Notes under the pieces: generated by a model | What the model saw: only the letters and a program-made list of their open reading frames with translations | Databases searched by the model: none | What the model was told of the DNA's origin: nothing | Position numbers and translations under genes: made by a program | Shown: one piece after another, positions 28,909 to 38,517 of the stretch | Numbering within the stretch: the stretch's first letter is position 1 | Layout of the letters: each line of letters opens with the position of its first letter | Assembly: GCA_021827405.1 (NCBI GenBank) | Contig: JAKAVY010000001.1 | Span: 16,861 to 80,860 of the forward strand | Length of the DNA stretch: 64,000 nt | From: Thermoplasmata archaeon | GTDB lineage: Archaea; Thermoplasmatota; Thermoplasmata; Lutacidiplasmatales; UBA184 | Direction: 5' to 3'

Positions 28909-31032
28909 ATGAGCGGAAGCACCCCGATGCGGAGCGGCAAGGAACGAGCGGCGGAACTCTCAGAGGCGGAGATTGCCGTCCACTGGCGCGAGGAAGGCTA
29001 CTTCCAACCTTCTTCCCGGTTCATCGGTCAGGCCAACCTGTCCGACCCTTCCGTGCGGGAACGGTTCTCCGAGGCCCACTTCCCGGAATGCTTCCGGGAG
29101 TACGCGGACCTCCTCACCTGGGACCATTACTGGCAGACGACGTTGGACTCGAGCAAGCCCCCCTTCTACAATTGGTTCGTGGGGGGGAGGCTGAACGTCT
29201 GCTACAACTGCGTCGACCGGCACCTCCCGAAGCACAAGAACAAGGCGGCCTTGATCTTCGTGGGGGAGCCGGAGGAGGACGCCCCTCAGTCCATCACCTA
29301 TCAGGAGCTCTACGTCCGGGTCAACGAGGTGGCCGCCCTCCTTCAGGAGTTTGCCGGGCTCAAGACCGGCGACCGGGTGACCATCCACATGCCGATGGTC
29401 CCGGAGCTTCCCATCACCATGCTCGCCTGCGCCCGGCTGGGGGTGGTCCACTCGGTGGTGTTCGGGGGCTTCTCCGGCGAATCCTGTGGACGCCGGATCG
29501 CGGACAGTGGCAGCCAGGTGCTCATCACGACGGACGGTTACTACCGGAGCGGGAAGCTCCTGGACCACAAGGCCAACGCCGACCTGGCCGTCAAGACCGC
29601 CGCCGAAGAAGGTCAGAAGGTCGAGAAGGTCCTGATCTGGCGCCGCTTCCCGAACGGTCGGTCCGCCACCAGCACCCCGATGGTGGAGGGGCGCGACTAC
29701 GTGATCAACGACCTGCTGACGAAGTACAGGGGACGCCGGGTCGCCCCGGTCTCGCAACCGGCGGAGGCGCCGCTCTTCCTGATGTACACGAGCGGCACCA
29801 CCGGTCGGCCGAAAGGCTGCCAGCACAGCTCCGGGGGTTACCTCGCCTACGTGGCCGGGACGAGCAAGTTCGTCCAGGACATCCACCCCGAGGACGTGTA
29901 CTGGTGCCTGGCCGACATCGGTTGGATCACCGGGCATTCCTACATCGTCTACGGGCCCCTCGCCCTCGGGGCGACCTCCGTGATCTATGAAGGGGTCCCC
30001 ACGTTCCCCGACCCGGGCCGACCCTGGCGCATCGCGGAACGGCTGGACGTGAACATCTTCCACACCTCCCCCACGTCGATCCGGATGCTCAGGAAGGTCG
30101 GCCCGGAGGAGCCCGCCAAGTACCATTACCACTTCAAGCACATGACCACGGTCGGGGAGCCGATCGAGCCGGAGGCCTGGAAGTGGTACTATCACTCGGT
30201 GGGGAAGGACGAGGCGGTCATCGTGGACACCTGGTGGCAGACGGAGACCGGGGGCTTCCTCTGCTCCACCCTTCCCGCGCTCGACCGGATGAAGCCGGGG
30301 AGCGCCGGACCGGGCGTGCCCGGGATCTATCCGGTCATTTTGGACGAGAACGGCCAGGAGGTCCCCCCGGGCTCGAACAAGGCCGGGAACATCTGCATCC
30401 GGAATCCTTGGCCCGGCCTCATGCAGACCATCTGGCGGGACCCGGACCGGTTCGTGAAGCAATACTTCTCCCGGTACAACAAGGACCCGAAGAGCAAGGA
30501 CTGGCACGACTGGCCCTACTTCGCGGGGGACGGTGCCCTGCTCGCCCCGGACGGGTACTACCGGATCCTGGGCCGAATCGACGATGTGATCAATGTGGCC
30601 GGTCACCGTCTGGGGACCAAGGAGATCGAGTCGGCTTGCCTCACGGTGCCGGAAGTGGCGGAGGCGGCTGTGGTCCCCGTGGTCGACGAGCTCCGCGGGC
30701 GGCTGCCGGAGGTGTACGTCTCGCTCAAACCCGGGGTCACCGCTTCCCCCTCGGCCATCCAGGAAAAGGTGGTCCACGCCATCGAGGTCGAGATCGGGAA
30801 GATCGCCCGGCCCCGTAGCGTCCAGATCGTCTCGGACATGCCCAAGACCCGTTCCGGGAAGATCATGCGGAGGGTGCTGGCGGCCATCTCCAACACCATG
30901 GACGTGGGGGATGTGACCACCCTGGCCAACCCGGACGTGGTCGAGCAGATCCGGACCGCGGTGCAGGGAAAGGAGAAGAAGGCCGCCCGATCCGGCCCCG
31001 AGGACATCAAGGCGTTCGGGCAGGAGCATTAG
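28909..31032 (+). CDS. acs: AMP-forming acetyl-CoA synthetase
   Basis: YTSGTTGRPKG, ADIGWITGHSY, DTWWQTETG, GRIDDVINVAGHR, PKTRSGKIMRR. TTTATA at 28869. Confidence 0.97.
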   Translation: MSGSTPMRSGKERAAELSEAEIAVHWREEGYFQPSSRFIGQANLSDPSVRERFSEAHFPECFREYADLLTWDHYWQTTLDSSKPPFYNWFVGGRLNVCYNCVDRHLPKHKNKAALIFVGEPEEDAPQSITYQELYVRVNEVAALLQEFAGLKTGDRVTIHMPMVPELPITMLACARLGVVHSVVFGGFSGESCGRRIADSGSQVLITTDGYYRSGKLLDHKANADLAVKTAAEEGQKVEKVLIWRRFPNGRSATSTPMVEGRDYVINDLLTKYRGRRVAPVSQPAEAPLFLMYTSGTTGRPKGCQHSSGGYLAYVAGTSKFVQDIHPEDVYWCLADIGWITGHSYIVYGPLALGATSVIYEGVPTFPDPGRPWRIAERLDVNIFHTSPTSIRMLRKVGPEEPAKYHYHFKHMTTVGEPIEPEAWKWYYHSVGKDEAVIVDTWWQTETGGFLCSTLPALDRMKPGSAGPGVPGIYPVILDENGQEVPPGSNKAGNICIRNPWPGLMQTIWRDPDRFVKQYFSRYNKDPKSKDWHDWPYFAGDGALLAPDGYYRILGRIDDVINVAGHRLGTKEIESACLTVPEVAEAAVVPVVDELRGRLPEVYVSLKPGVTASPSAIQEKVVHAIEVEIGKIARPRSVQIVSDMPKTRSGKIMRRVLAAISNTMDVGDVTTLANPDVVEQIRTAVQGKEKKAARSGPEDIKAFGQEH

Positions 31033-33586
31033 GGCCCCCCCGGGGCGGGGAGTACGTCGTCCAGAGGCCCCGTAGGACGACCCCGTCCCGAGCGGGCAGG
31101 GTGAGCTCCATCCGCTCCAGTTCGGGGAACTCCTCCACCAAGCGGGAGACAAGGAGAACGCTGCGTCGCACCCGGGACACGTTCGACGGGTCCCGGGCCG
31201 TCCAGGCCCGGCTCGTAGGGTCCTGCTCCAATCGCTGGACCAGCCCCTCGCCCTCCGAGCCGGTGATCGGGAGGATCCAGCGTTGCCGGGGAAGCTCCAT
31301 CCTCAGGGGAGGGACGCGTAGGGCGAGGGTCATCACCGGGCTGAACGCATCCGTCCCCCCCACGCTCACCTCCAAGGCCGTCTCCACCCCCTCTTTGGAA
31401 GGGGGCTCCACTCCCCGGAACCCACAAAGGTCCGCGAACGCCCCCAGTTCTGACGGAGGGAGCTCTCCCCCTCCTCGTTGGCGATGCCCCTCCATGAGGA
31501 CGCGGAGAGGGTCCCATCGGACTTCCGCGAACTCCGGCACATCACCCATAGGCGTGGCCCGCCAACGGGCATAGCGATACGCGAGGCCCAGGGCGCGGGC
31601 TGCCGGCTCTGGGAAGTGATGCACCGGGAAGGGGCTCCCCGACGCGTCGGGATCCCAATCCCTGGGGGAGGTCACCAGCAAGGCCGGCTTGGCCGCGGGC
31701 CCCTTGGCCGGGCCCAAGGCCTGGAGGGCCGCACGGATCCGGGCACGGGTCTCCGGGGCCCCCGGGGATTCCAGGGGTATCCAAAGGACCAAAAGGGCGT
31801 CCACCTCTCTACTTTCTGCCCCCCAGGCGATGGCCCGCTGGTACTCGCCTCCCTGTGCCCAAATGCCCAGGTCGACGGGGTTACGGAGGGTCCGGGCCCC
31901 CGGTAGAGCGGAGCGCAGCAGTTCCTGGGAGTCCGGGGAGATCTCGGGAACGGCGAGCCCCTCGGAGAGGAGGGCGTCGACGGCCACCACCCCGGGGCCC
32001 TTCGCATTCGTCACCACCAGAACCCGGGGTCCGGCCGGGAGCGGCTGGTCCACCAGGAGCTCTGCCAGGTCGAGTGCCTCTTCCAACCGGGCCACCCGAA
32101 GGACCCCCGATTGCTCGAACAACGCATTGACGTTGGGGTCCTCCACGAGGGGCGCGACCCCTTCCCGCTCCGCAGCCCGTAGCGCCGGGCCCGTCCGCAG
32201 GGACTTGAGCGCCACCAGGGGCTTTGACCTCCCCACCCGACGCGAGAGCCGGGCGAAGCGCCGGGGATTGCCGAACGACTCCAGATAGAGCAGGACGACC
32301 TGAGCGGCCGGATCGTCCTCCCAGTATTGCAACAGGTCGTTGCTGGAGACGTCCGCCTTGTCCCCGAGGCTCACGAACGAACTGAACCCCAGGCCCCGCT
32401 CCCGGGCCCGTTCCAGGACCGAGACCCCCAAGGCACCGCTCTGGGAAGCGAAGGCCACCGTCCCAGCGAGAGGGACCCCCGGTACCAGGCTGGCGTTCAA
32501 CCGGACGGGAGGGGTCATGTGGGTCAGCCCGAGGGTGGCCGGACCCAACACCCGCATCCCCCACCCCCGGGCGCGTTCCACCAGGTCGCGCTGGAACCGG
32601 GCGCCCTCCTCTCCCCGGTCGTCGTACCCCCCGGTGACGACCACCAGTCCGTGGACCCCCTTCCTTCCACAGTCGTCCACGACCGAAGGGAGGACGGGGG
32701 CCGGCACGGCCAGGACCGCGAGGTCCACGGGCCCCGGGACGGTCGTGAGGTCGGGGAAGGCGCGCAGACCTTCCAGTTCCTCGGCTTGGGGGTGGATCGG
32801 GTAGAGGCCGCCCGGATACCCCCCCTCCCGCAGATGGCGCAGGATGCTCCGGCCGAGCCCTTCCTTGGAACGGGAAACGCCGAAGACCGCGACCCCTCGG
32901 GGCTCGAAGAAGGGGGCCAGGGAGGCTACGGTGGCGACCCGCTCGCGGAACTCGTAGCGCTCCAGGAAGCGAGGGGTGCTCTGGAGGGAGAGGGCCACCT
33001 CCACCTCGCCTCCGGAGGCGTTCTCCACCAGGGCGAACCCCATGGAGCGGAACACCTCCAGCATTGGGCGGTTCCCCTGCGAGGTCCGGGCCCAGAACCG
33101 ACGGATGCCACGCCGGACGGCCACGAGCGTCAGCCGTTCAAGGAGCGCGGAACCGATCCCCAGACCCTGAAAGGCATCCTCCACGAGAAAGGCGATCTCG
33201 GCTCCCTCGGAATCGGGAGCGTCCCGGACATACTCCCCGTGGGCGATGATCCGGGGACTCGCTGGCCCCCCGGATAGGATGACCAAGCCCTGGCGTTCGA
33301 CGCCGGGGGGGTTCTCCAGGAGGCTACGCGTCGCCACCTCCGGGGCCACCGCCGCCATGAAGCGTGCCTCCCGGGCCTCCGGGGAGAGGCGACGCAGGAA
33401 GTCTTCCAGCAAGCCAAGGTCGCCCGGGACCAGCGGACGAAGCTCCACGGCCTGGCCGTTGCGAAGCAGCAAAGGCCCCTGATCGGGCGCTCCCTGGGAC
33501 AGCCCCCGGGTCAAGGGGCCCGCGTCCCCGCTCCGCGGGGAGAACGGACCCGACGGGAGCTCGTGGTCGTCCCCTGGACCGGGCAT
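31007..33586 (-). CDS. Pat-type protein lysine acetyltransferase (N-terminal GNAT + NDP-forming acyl-CoA synthetase-like domain)
   Basis: GNAT: RF...AEIAFLVEDAFQGLGIGS..N.PM..VF..MGF. CoA-binding/ligase: SQSGALG, SLGDKADVS, YLESFGNPRRF, NPVDL. The phospho-His SHTG motif is replaced by EREG. Confidence 0.88.
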   Translation of the reverse strand: MPGPGDDHELPSGPFSPRSGDAGPLTRGLSQGAPDQGPLLLRNGQAVELRPLVPGDLGLLEDFLRRLSPEAREARFMAAVAPEVATRSLLENPPGVERQGLVILSGGPASPRIIAHGEYVRDAPDSEGAEIAFLVEDAFQGLGIGSALLERLTLVAVRRGIRRFWARTSQGNRPMLEVFRSMGFALVENASGGEVEVALSLQSTPRFLERYEFRERVATVASLAPFFEPRGVAVFGVSRSKEGLGRSILRHLREGGYPGGLYPIHPQAEELEGLRAFPDLTTVPGPVDLAVLAVPAPVLPSVVDDCGRKGVHGLVVVTGGYDDRGEEGARFQRDLVERARGWGMRVLGPATLGLTHMTPPVRLNASLVPGVPLAGTVAFASQSGALGVSVLERARERGLGFSSFVSLGDKADVSSNDLLQYWEDDPAAQVVLLYLESFGNPRRFARLSRRVGRSKPLVALKSLRTGPALRAAEREGVAPLVEDPNVNALFEQSGVLRVARLEEALDLAELLVDQPLPAGPRVLVVTNAKGPGVVAVDALLSEGLAVPEISPDSQELLRSALPGARTLRNPVDLGIWAQGGEYQRAIAWGAESREVDALLVLWIPLESPGAPETRARIRAALQALGPAKGPAAKPALLVTSPRDWDPDASGSPFPVHHFPEPAARALGLAYRYARWRATPMGDVPEFAEVRWDPLRVLMEGHRQRGGGELPPSELGAFADLCGFRGVEPPSKEGVETALEVSVGGTDAFSPVMTLALRVPPLRMELPRQRWILPITGSEGEGLVQRLEQDPTSRAWTARDPSNVSRVRRSVLLVSRLVEEFPELERMELTLPARDGVVLRGLWTTYSPPRGGPNAPARTP

Positions 33587-33649
33587 GGACCGGAGGCCGG
33601 AGCGGCTCCGGTCAGATAGCCCTTGGGAAAGCCCCCCTCCCGTCAGAGG

Positions 33650-34537
33650 TCAAGGGACCTCCCGGATCCGGGAGAGCTTCTCGAGGAACTCAGGGCCCTC
33701 TCCCGTCCTCAAAGGGGTCCCGTCCTCCCGGACCAGGGACAGCCCCGCCACCTGGCAGGCGGCCTGGGGGTCCTTTCCCTCCAAAAGGGCCCGGATCGCC
33801 CGGAGCTCCCGGGCGCTCAAACGCATGCCCATGACCTGGAACTCCTCGAAGGCCTCGTAACAGGTCGGCGCCACCTTCCGGGCCAGGGTCGCAACCACGG
33901 CCGCGTACTGGCGGATCTCCTCCTGGGCGTGCGGGTCCAAACGCAGCCGAAGGAAGTGGAAGAGGTTGTGGAGGTTGATCTTCCAGTACCACTGGGTGTA
34001 GTAGCTCACCGGGAGGAGCATCCGGGCCGTCTCGCGGGCGACGCCCTGGGAGAGCGCCTTCTCGTAGGCCTGGTAGGCCTCCCGGGAGATCCGGTCGAGG
34101 TCCGCCCGGAAGCTCTCTCCCACGGCAAGGTCCAAGGGCTCCCCCCGACCCTGCCGGTTCCGGGCGGACTGCCGACGGACCTCCGAGGCGGCGGGGAGCT
34201 CGTACTCATCGGGAACGATCGAATACCTCGCCGAGTACTCGTTCACCGAGGCGGTGCGATGTCGGATCCACTGGCGAGCGACGTAGATCGGTAGCCGGAC
34301 CAAGAACTTCAGTTCCACCATCTCGAACGGAGTGGTGTGCCCGTGGCGGAGAAGGTAGCGGATGAGCCCCCGGTCGTCCCGCACCGTCCGGGTCCCCGCT
34401 CCGTAGGAGACCCTCGCCGCCTGGACCACCGCGGCGTCGTTCCCCATGTAGTCCACGAGGACGACGAAACCGTGGGAGAGTACGGGATGCCTCACCCCGA
34501 TGAGGGAGTCGGCCGCCGGCACCGACGGGCGGGACAT
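33650..34537 (-). CDS. thyX: Flavin-dependent thymidylate synthase
   Basis: QAARVSY, HTTPFE, RQWIRHRTASVNEYSARY (RHRx7S), ETARMLLP, LRLDPHAQEEIR. Confidence 0.97.
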   Translation of the reverse strand: MSRPSVPAADSLIGVRHPVLSHGFVVLVDYMGNDAAVVQAARVSYGAGTRTVRDDRGLIRYLLRHGHTTPFEMVELKFLVRLPIYVARQWIRHRTASVNEYSARYSIVPDEYELPAASEVRRQSARNRQGRGEPLDLAVGESFRADLDRISREAYQAYEKALSQGVARETARMLLPVSYYTQWYWKINLHNLFHFLRLRLDPHAQEEIRQYAAVVATLARKVAPTCYEAFEEFQVMGMRLSARELRAIRALLEGKDPQAACQVAGLSLVREDGTPLRTGEGPEFLEKLSRIREVP

Positions 34538-34582
34538 GGCGGGTTCCGGCGGCTCCACGGTCGCCCGAACCACCGGATGACT

Positions 34583-35410
34583 TTAAGCGGAACGGGTGCG
34601 CCGACGACGCGACCGGCCCGACCCGGGTCCCGGAACCCCGCGACGCGACCCGGCCCGAAGGATCTGGGCCGCCACCACTGCCGCAGGGACCCCCCCATCG
34701 ATGTTCACGACGGCCAAGGGGGCACAGGACTGGAGCATGGTCAACAACGCCGCCTCCCCCCGTCCTCCGCGACCATACCCCTGGGAGGTGGGGATGCCCA
34801 GGACCGGGCGGTCCACGAGGCCGGCCACCACCGGCGCGAGCGCCCCCTCCCTTCCGGCGCAGACGAGGTAGACCCCGGGGTTGGCCTCCCTGAGGGCGGG
34901 CAAGGCCCTAAGGAGCCGATGGAGCCCGGCCACTCCCACGTCATCCGCCCGTACGATCCGGGCCCCCCAGGCTTTCAGCACCCCTTCCACCTCGGCCGCC
35001 ACTCTCGCATCCGCCGTCCCGGCGGTGATCAGCGCCGCGGTCGTGCCCCGTAAGGGGCGGTCTCCCACCCCCGGGTGGAGGATGACCAGCCCGGACCCGG
35101 GCAGCTCCCGGAGGGCCAGCCCCTCTGCCCGCAGGGTACGGATCAGGCCCCTTTGCGTTTCGGTGAGGCGGGAGATCAAAATGGTCTCCGGTAGCTCATC
35201 TAGACCGCGGATGAGCCTCTCCAGGTCCCGGTCGGACTTCCCCTCCGCCAAGACGATCTCCGGCAGGCCCGTGCGCTCCCGGCGGGCCACATCGAACCGG
35301 GCATGGTCTCCCGCCCGGAGGACCTTCGCCCCCCCAGGCGGCCGGTCGCGCCCCCCCGGAGGAGAGGGACCGACGCTTTGCCGGGAGGGTCTCGACACTC
35401 GCCCGTTCAT
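34583..35410 (-). CDS. larB: LarB-like / AIR carboxylase-family protein
   Basis: ARFDVARRERTGLPEIVLAEGK, TAGTAD, DVGVAGLHRL, AGREGALAPVVAGL, IPTSQGYG, MLQSCAP..VVNIDGG. Confidence 0.9.
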   Translation of the reverse strand: MNGRVSRPSRQSVGPSPPGGRDRPPGGAKVLRAGDHARFDVARRERTGLPEIVLAEGKSDRDLERLIRGLDELPETILISRLTETQRGLIRTLRAEGLALRELPGSGLVILHPGVGDRPLRGTTAALITAGTADARVAAEVEGVLKAWGARIVRADDVGVAGLHRLLRALPALREANPGVYLVCAGREGALAPVVAGLVDRPVLGIPTSQGYGRGGRGEAALLTMLQSCAPLAVVNIDGGVPAAVVAAQILRAGSRRGVPGPGSGRSRRRRTRSA

Positions 35411-35511
35411 CCCCCCCCTTCCCTCCTCGCGGCAGCCCTTCCGGGCGAGGAGGGCGACCTCACGGGCCGATGGCTTAAATGCCCCATCCCCCTCGCGGGC
35501 CATCCGTAGCC

Positions 35512-36663
35512 ATGCCCATCTCCTTTGACCTCACCCCGGAGCAGCGCGAACTGCAGGGCCTGGCGTCGAAGTTCGCCCGGGAGGAGATGGCTCCCCGGGC
35601 CGCGGAGTGCGATCGCACCGGGCGGTTCCCGGAAGAGGTCTATCGGAAGGCCTGGGAGCTGGGCCTGATGAACCTGAACGTCCCCGTGGAGTACGGGGGC
35701 TCGGGGCTCCCGCTGCTGGACCAGTGCCTGATCACGGAGGAGCTCGCTTCCGCCTGTGGGGGGATGACCACCTCCATTCTGGCCAACTGCCTGGCCCTCC
35801 AGCCGATCAACCTGGGAGGGAGCCCGGAACAGCGGGAACGCTTCCTCAAGCCCTTCTGCGCTGACTACCGCCTGGCGTCCTTTGCGCTCACCGAGCCCGG
35901 AGGCGGAAGTGATGCCGGGGCCCTCAAGACCCGGGCGGTCCGCGAAGGCGACAGCTACGTGCTCACCGGCCAGAAGTGCTTCATCACCAACGCGCCCCAG
36001 GCCTCGCTCTACACGGTCTTCGCCACGGTGGACCCGGAGAAGAAGCACGCCGGGATCACCGCGTTCGTCGTTCCCCGGGACACCCCGGGGGTCTCCCTGG
36101 GCCGGGAGGAGGACAAGCTTGGGCAACGCGCCTCGTCCACCGCCACCGTGACCTTCGAGCGGGCGAAGGTGCCGCGGGAGAACCGCCTGGGAGAAGAGGG
36201 GGAGGGGTTCAAGCTCGCCATGGCCACCCTGGACTCCACCCGGACCCCCATCGGGGCGTTGGCGGTGGGGATCGCCCGGGCCGCGCTCGACCACGCGTCC
36301 CGCTACGCGCTGCAACGGACCTCCTTCGGGGTCCCGATCGCGCAGCACCAGGCGATCGCCACCAAGATCGGGAGCATGGTCCAGGAGCTGGAGGCCTCCC
36401 GACTGCTGACCTGGCTTTCCGCCTGGATGGTGGACCAGGGCAAGCGGGCGACGCTGGAGAGCTCGGTGGCCAAGTGCTTTGCCTCGGACGCGGCCATGCG
36501 CATCTGCGACGAGGCGATCCAGATCTTCGGGGGCTATGGCTACATGCGGGACTACCCGGTGGAGAAGCTCCTGCGGGACGCGAAGCTCTGCCAGATCTAT
36601 GAGGGCGCCAACGAGATCCAGCGGCTGGTGATCTCCCGGGAATACCTGCGCCGGTTCTCCTGA
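35512..36663 (+). CDS. Acyl-CoA dehydrogenase
   Basis: FALTEPGGGSD, GQKCFITN, KLGQRAS, QIFGGYGY, RDAKLCQIYEGANEIQR. TTAAAT at 35475. Confidence 0.96.
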   Translation: MPISFDLTPEQRELQGLASKFAREEMAPRAAECDRTGRFPEEVYRKAWELGLMNLNVPVEYGGSGLPLLDQCLITEELASACGGMTTSILANCLALQPINLGGSPEQRERFLKPFCADYRLASFALTEPGGGSDAGALKTRAVREGDSYVLTGQKCFITNAPQASLYTVFATVDPEKKHAGITAFVVPRDTPGVSLGREEDKLGQRASSTATVTFERAKVPRENRLGEEGEGFKLAMATLDSTRTPIGALAVGIARAALDHASRYALQRTSFGVPIAQHQAIATKIGSMVQELEASRLLTWLSAWMVDQGKRATLESSVAKCFASDAAMRICDEAIQIFGGYGYMRDYPVEKLLRDAKLCQIYEGANEIQRLVISREYLRRFS

Positions 36664-36682
36664 GCCTTCCGGGAGCGGGACG

Positions 36683-37474
36683 ATGGAGGCGGTGGTCTGC
36701 ATCAAGCCGGTACCGGAGGCGGATTCCCGGCTCCGGGTCGCCGCCTCCGGGGTCACCTACGACCCGGAGGGGGTGCGCTACACCTTGAACAGCACCTACG
36801 ACGAGGCCGCCCTGGAGGAGGCCCTCCGGTTGAAGGAGGCCGGGGCCTTCGAGAAGGTCCGTGTGGTCTCGGTGGGGCCCCCCCGGGCTGAGGAGGGATT
36901 GCGCTACGCCCTGGCGATGGGGGGGGACGAGGGCCTCCTGGTGGAGACCCGGCCCGATGACCTTTTGGACCCGGGGTTCACGGCCGCCGTCCTTGCCGAG
37001 GCGGTCCGCTCCCTTCCCCACGACCTGGTCCTGGTGGGCCGCCGGGCCGGGGACGACGAGGCCGGGGTGGTGGGGAGTGCGCTCGGGGAGCACCTGGGGA
37101 TCCCCAGCTTCGCCTTTGTGACCGGGCTCACGGTCTCTGGAGGGGGGAGCCCGCTGAAGGTCCGACGCTTCACCGAGGCCGGTGAGGAACTCCTCTCCGT
37201 GCCGCCTCCGGTCGTCATCTCCTTGCTCAAGGGCGCGCAGGACCCCCGGACCCCGACCCTGCCGAACATCCTCAAGGCGCGGAGGAAGCCTCTGCTCCGC
37301 GAGCCCTGGACCGAGGTCCTTTCCCGCCACCCAGGGGCACCGGTCCGGGCTCCTGCCATGCGGTTCGAACTTCCCCCGCCCCGGACGGGGGCCCACCTGG
37401 TGGACTACCAGTCCCCGGCCGAGGCCGCGGAGAAGCTCGTGAAGCTCCTCCGGGAGGAGGCCAAGGTCCTTTGA
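36683..37474 (+). CDS. etfB: Electron transfer flavoprotein beta subunit
   Basis: [44 protein letters not shown]. Confidence 0.94.
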   Translation: MEAVVCIKPVPEADSRLRVAASGVTYDPEGVRYTLNSTYDEAALEEALRLKEAGAFEKVRVVSVGPPRAEEGLRYALAMGGDEGLLVETRPDDLLDPGFTAAVLAEAVRSLPHDLVLVGRRAGDDEAGVVGSALGEHLGIPSFAFVTGLTVSGGGSPLKVRRFTEAGEELLSVPPPVVISLLKGAQDPRTPTLPNILKARRKPLLREPWTEVLSRHPGAPVRAPAMRFELPPPRTGAHLVDYQSPAEAAEKLVKLLREEAKVL

Positions 37475-38472
37475 GCCCCACGGCGCTGGTCGTGGCCGAT
37501 CCTCGAAGCCCGGTGGGGATCCGGACCACTCTCGAGGCCCTCGGCGCGGCCCGGGCCCTGCTCGATCGTTCGGGCGGCGGGAAGGTGGCGTTGGCCTTGC
37601 TGGGGCACGGTCTGGGGGATGTACCGGAGGCCGCCAAGCGCTGGGGGGCAGACCAGGTGTTGGTGCTGGACGACCCCCGGCTAGCGATCTTCCGGTCGGA
37701 GACCTACGCCTGGGGGGCGGAGGGGTTGGTGAAGAGGCTCGCCCCACCGGTGGTGGTCCTGCTGCCGGGCAGCACGATGGGTCGGGAACTGGTGGGCCGT
37801 CTCAGCGCCCGGTTGGGGGGAGGTGGCACCTCGGAGGCGCTGGAGCTCGAGTTGGAAGAGACCCGCGGTCTCCGCGTACGCCGTCCGCTCTTCGGGGGCA
37901 AGGCCTCGGAGACGCTCTCCCTCCCGTTCCCCGCTGTCGCCTCCCTGCGGCCAAACGCCTTCGCTCCTTCGGAGGCCTCCGCGGCGGCCCCTGTTGAGGC
38001 GGTCGAGCTTCCAAAGGCGGGACCCGCAGGCCCCGGGGCCGAGCTGTTGGAGCGTTCCCCCGTCCCGGTGAGCGATACGCCGCCCTTGACCCAGGCCCCC
38101 GTCGTGGTCTCGGGTGGCCGGGGGCTTCGTGGACCGGAAAACTGGCCCCTTCTGGAGGACCTGGCCCGGGCGCTGGGGGCCGGCCTGGGGGCCTCCCGCG
38201 CCGTGGTGGATGCGGGATGGCGTCCGGCCGCCGAGCAGGTCGGCCAGACCGGGGCCTCCGTCTCTCCGCAACTCTACGTGGCCGTGGGCATCTCCGGGGC
38301 CATCCAGCATCTGGTGGGGATGTCCTCTTCCCGGTGCATCGTCGCCATCAACACGGACCCGTCCGCCCCCATCTTCAAAGTGGCGGACTACGGGGTCGTG
38401 GGGGATGCCCTGGTCCTGCTCCCTCCGCTCACCGAGGCCATACGGCGCGCCCGTGCCGGTGCGGGCCCCTAG
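37471..38472 (+). CDS. etfA: Electron transfer flavoprotein alpha subunit
   Basis: [50 protein letters not shown] overlap with etfB. Confidence 0.95.
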   Translation: MSPTALVVADPRSPVGIRTTLEALGAARALLDRSGGGKVALALLGHGLGDVPEAAKRWGADQVLVLDDPRLAIFRSETYAWGAEGLVKRLAPPVVVLLPGSTMGRELVGRLSARLGGGGTSEALELELEETRGLRVRRPLFGGKASETLSLPFPAVASLRPNAFAPSEASAAAPVEAVELPKAGPAGPGAELLERSPVPVSDTPPLTQAPVVVSGGRGLRGPENWPLLEDLARALGAGLGASRAVVDAGWRPAAEQVGQTGASVSPQLYVAVGISGAIQHLVGMSSSRCIVAINTDPSAPIFKVADYGVVGDALVLLPPLTEAIRRARAGAGP

Positions 38473-38517
38473 GGATGAGCGGAAGCCCTAAACCAATCGG
38501 CTTCCTGCGGTTCTCCC

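Noticed and set aside
28960..31152. 730-aa minus-strand ORF
   Set aside because: Antisense shadow of acs.
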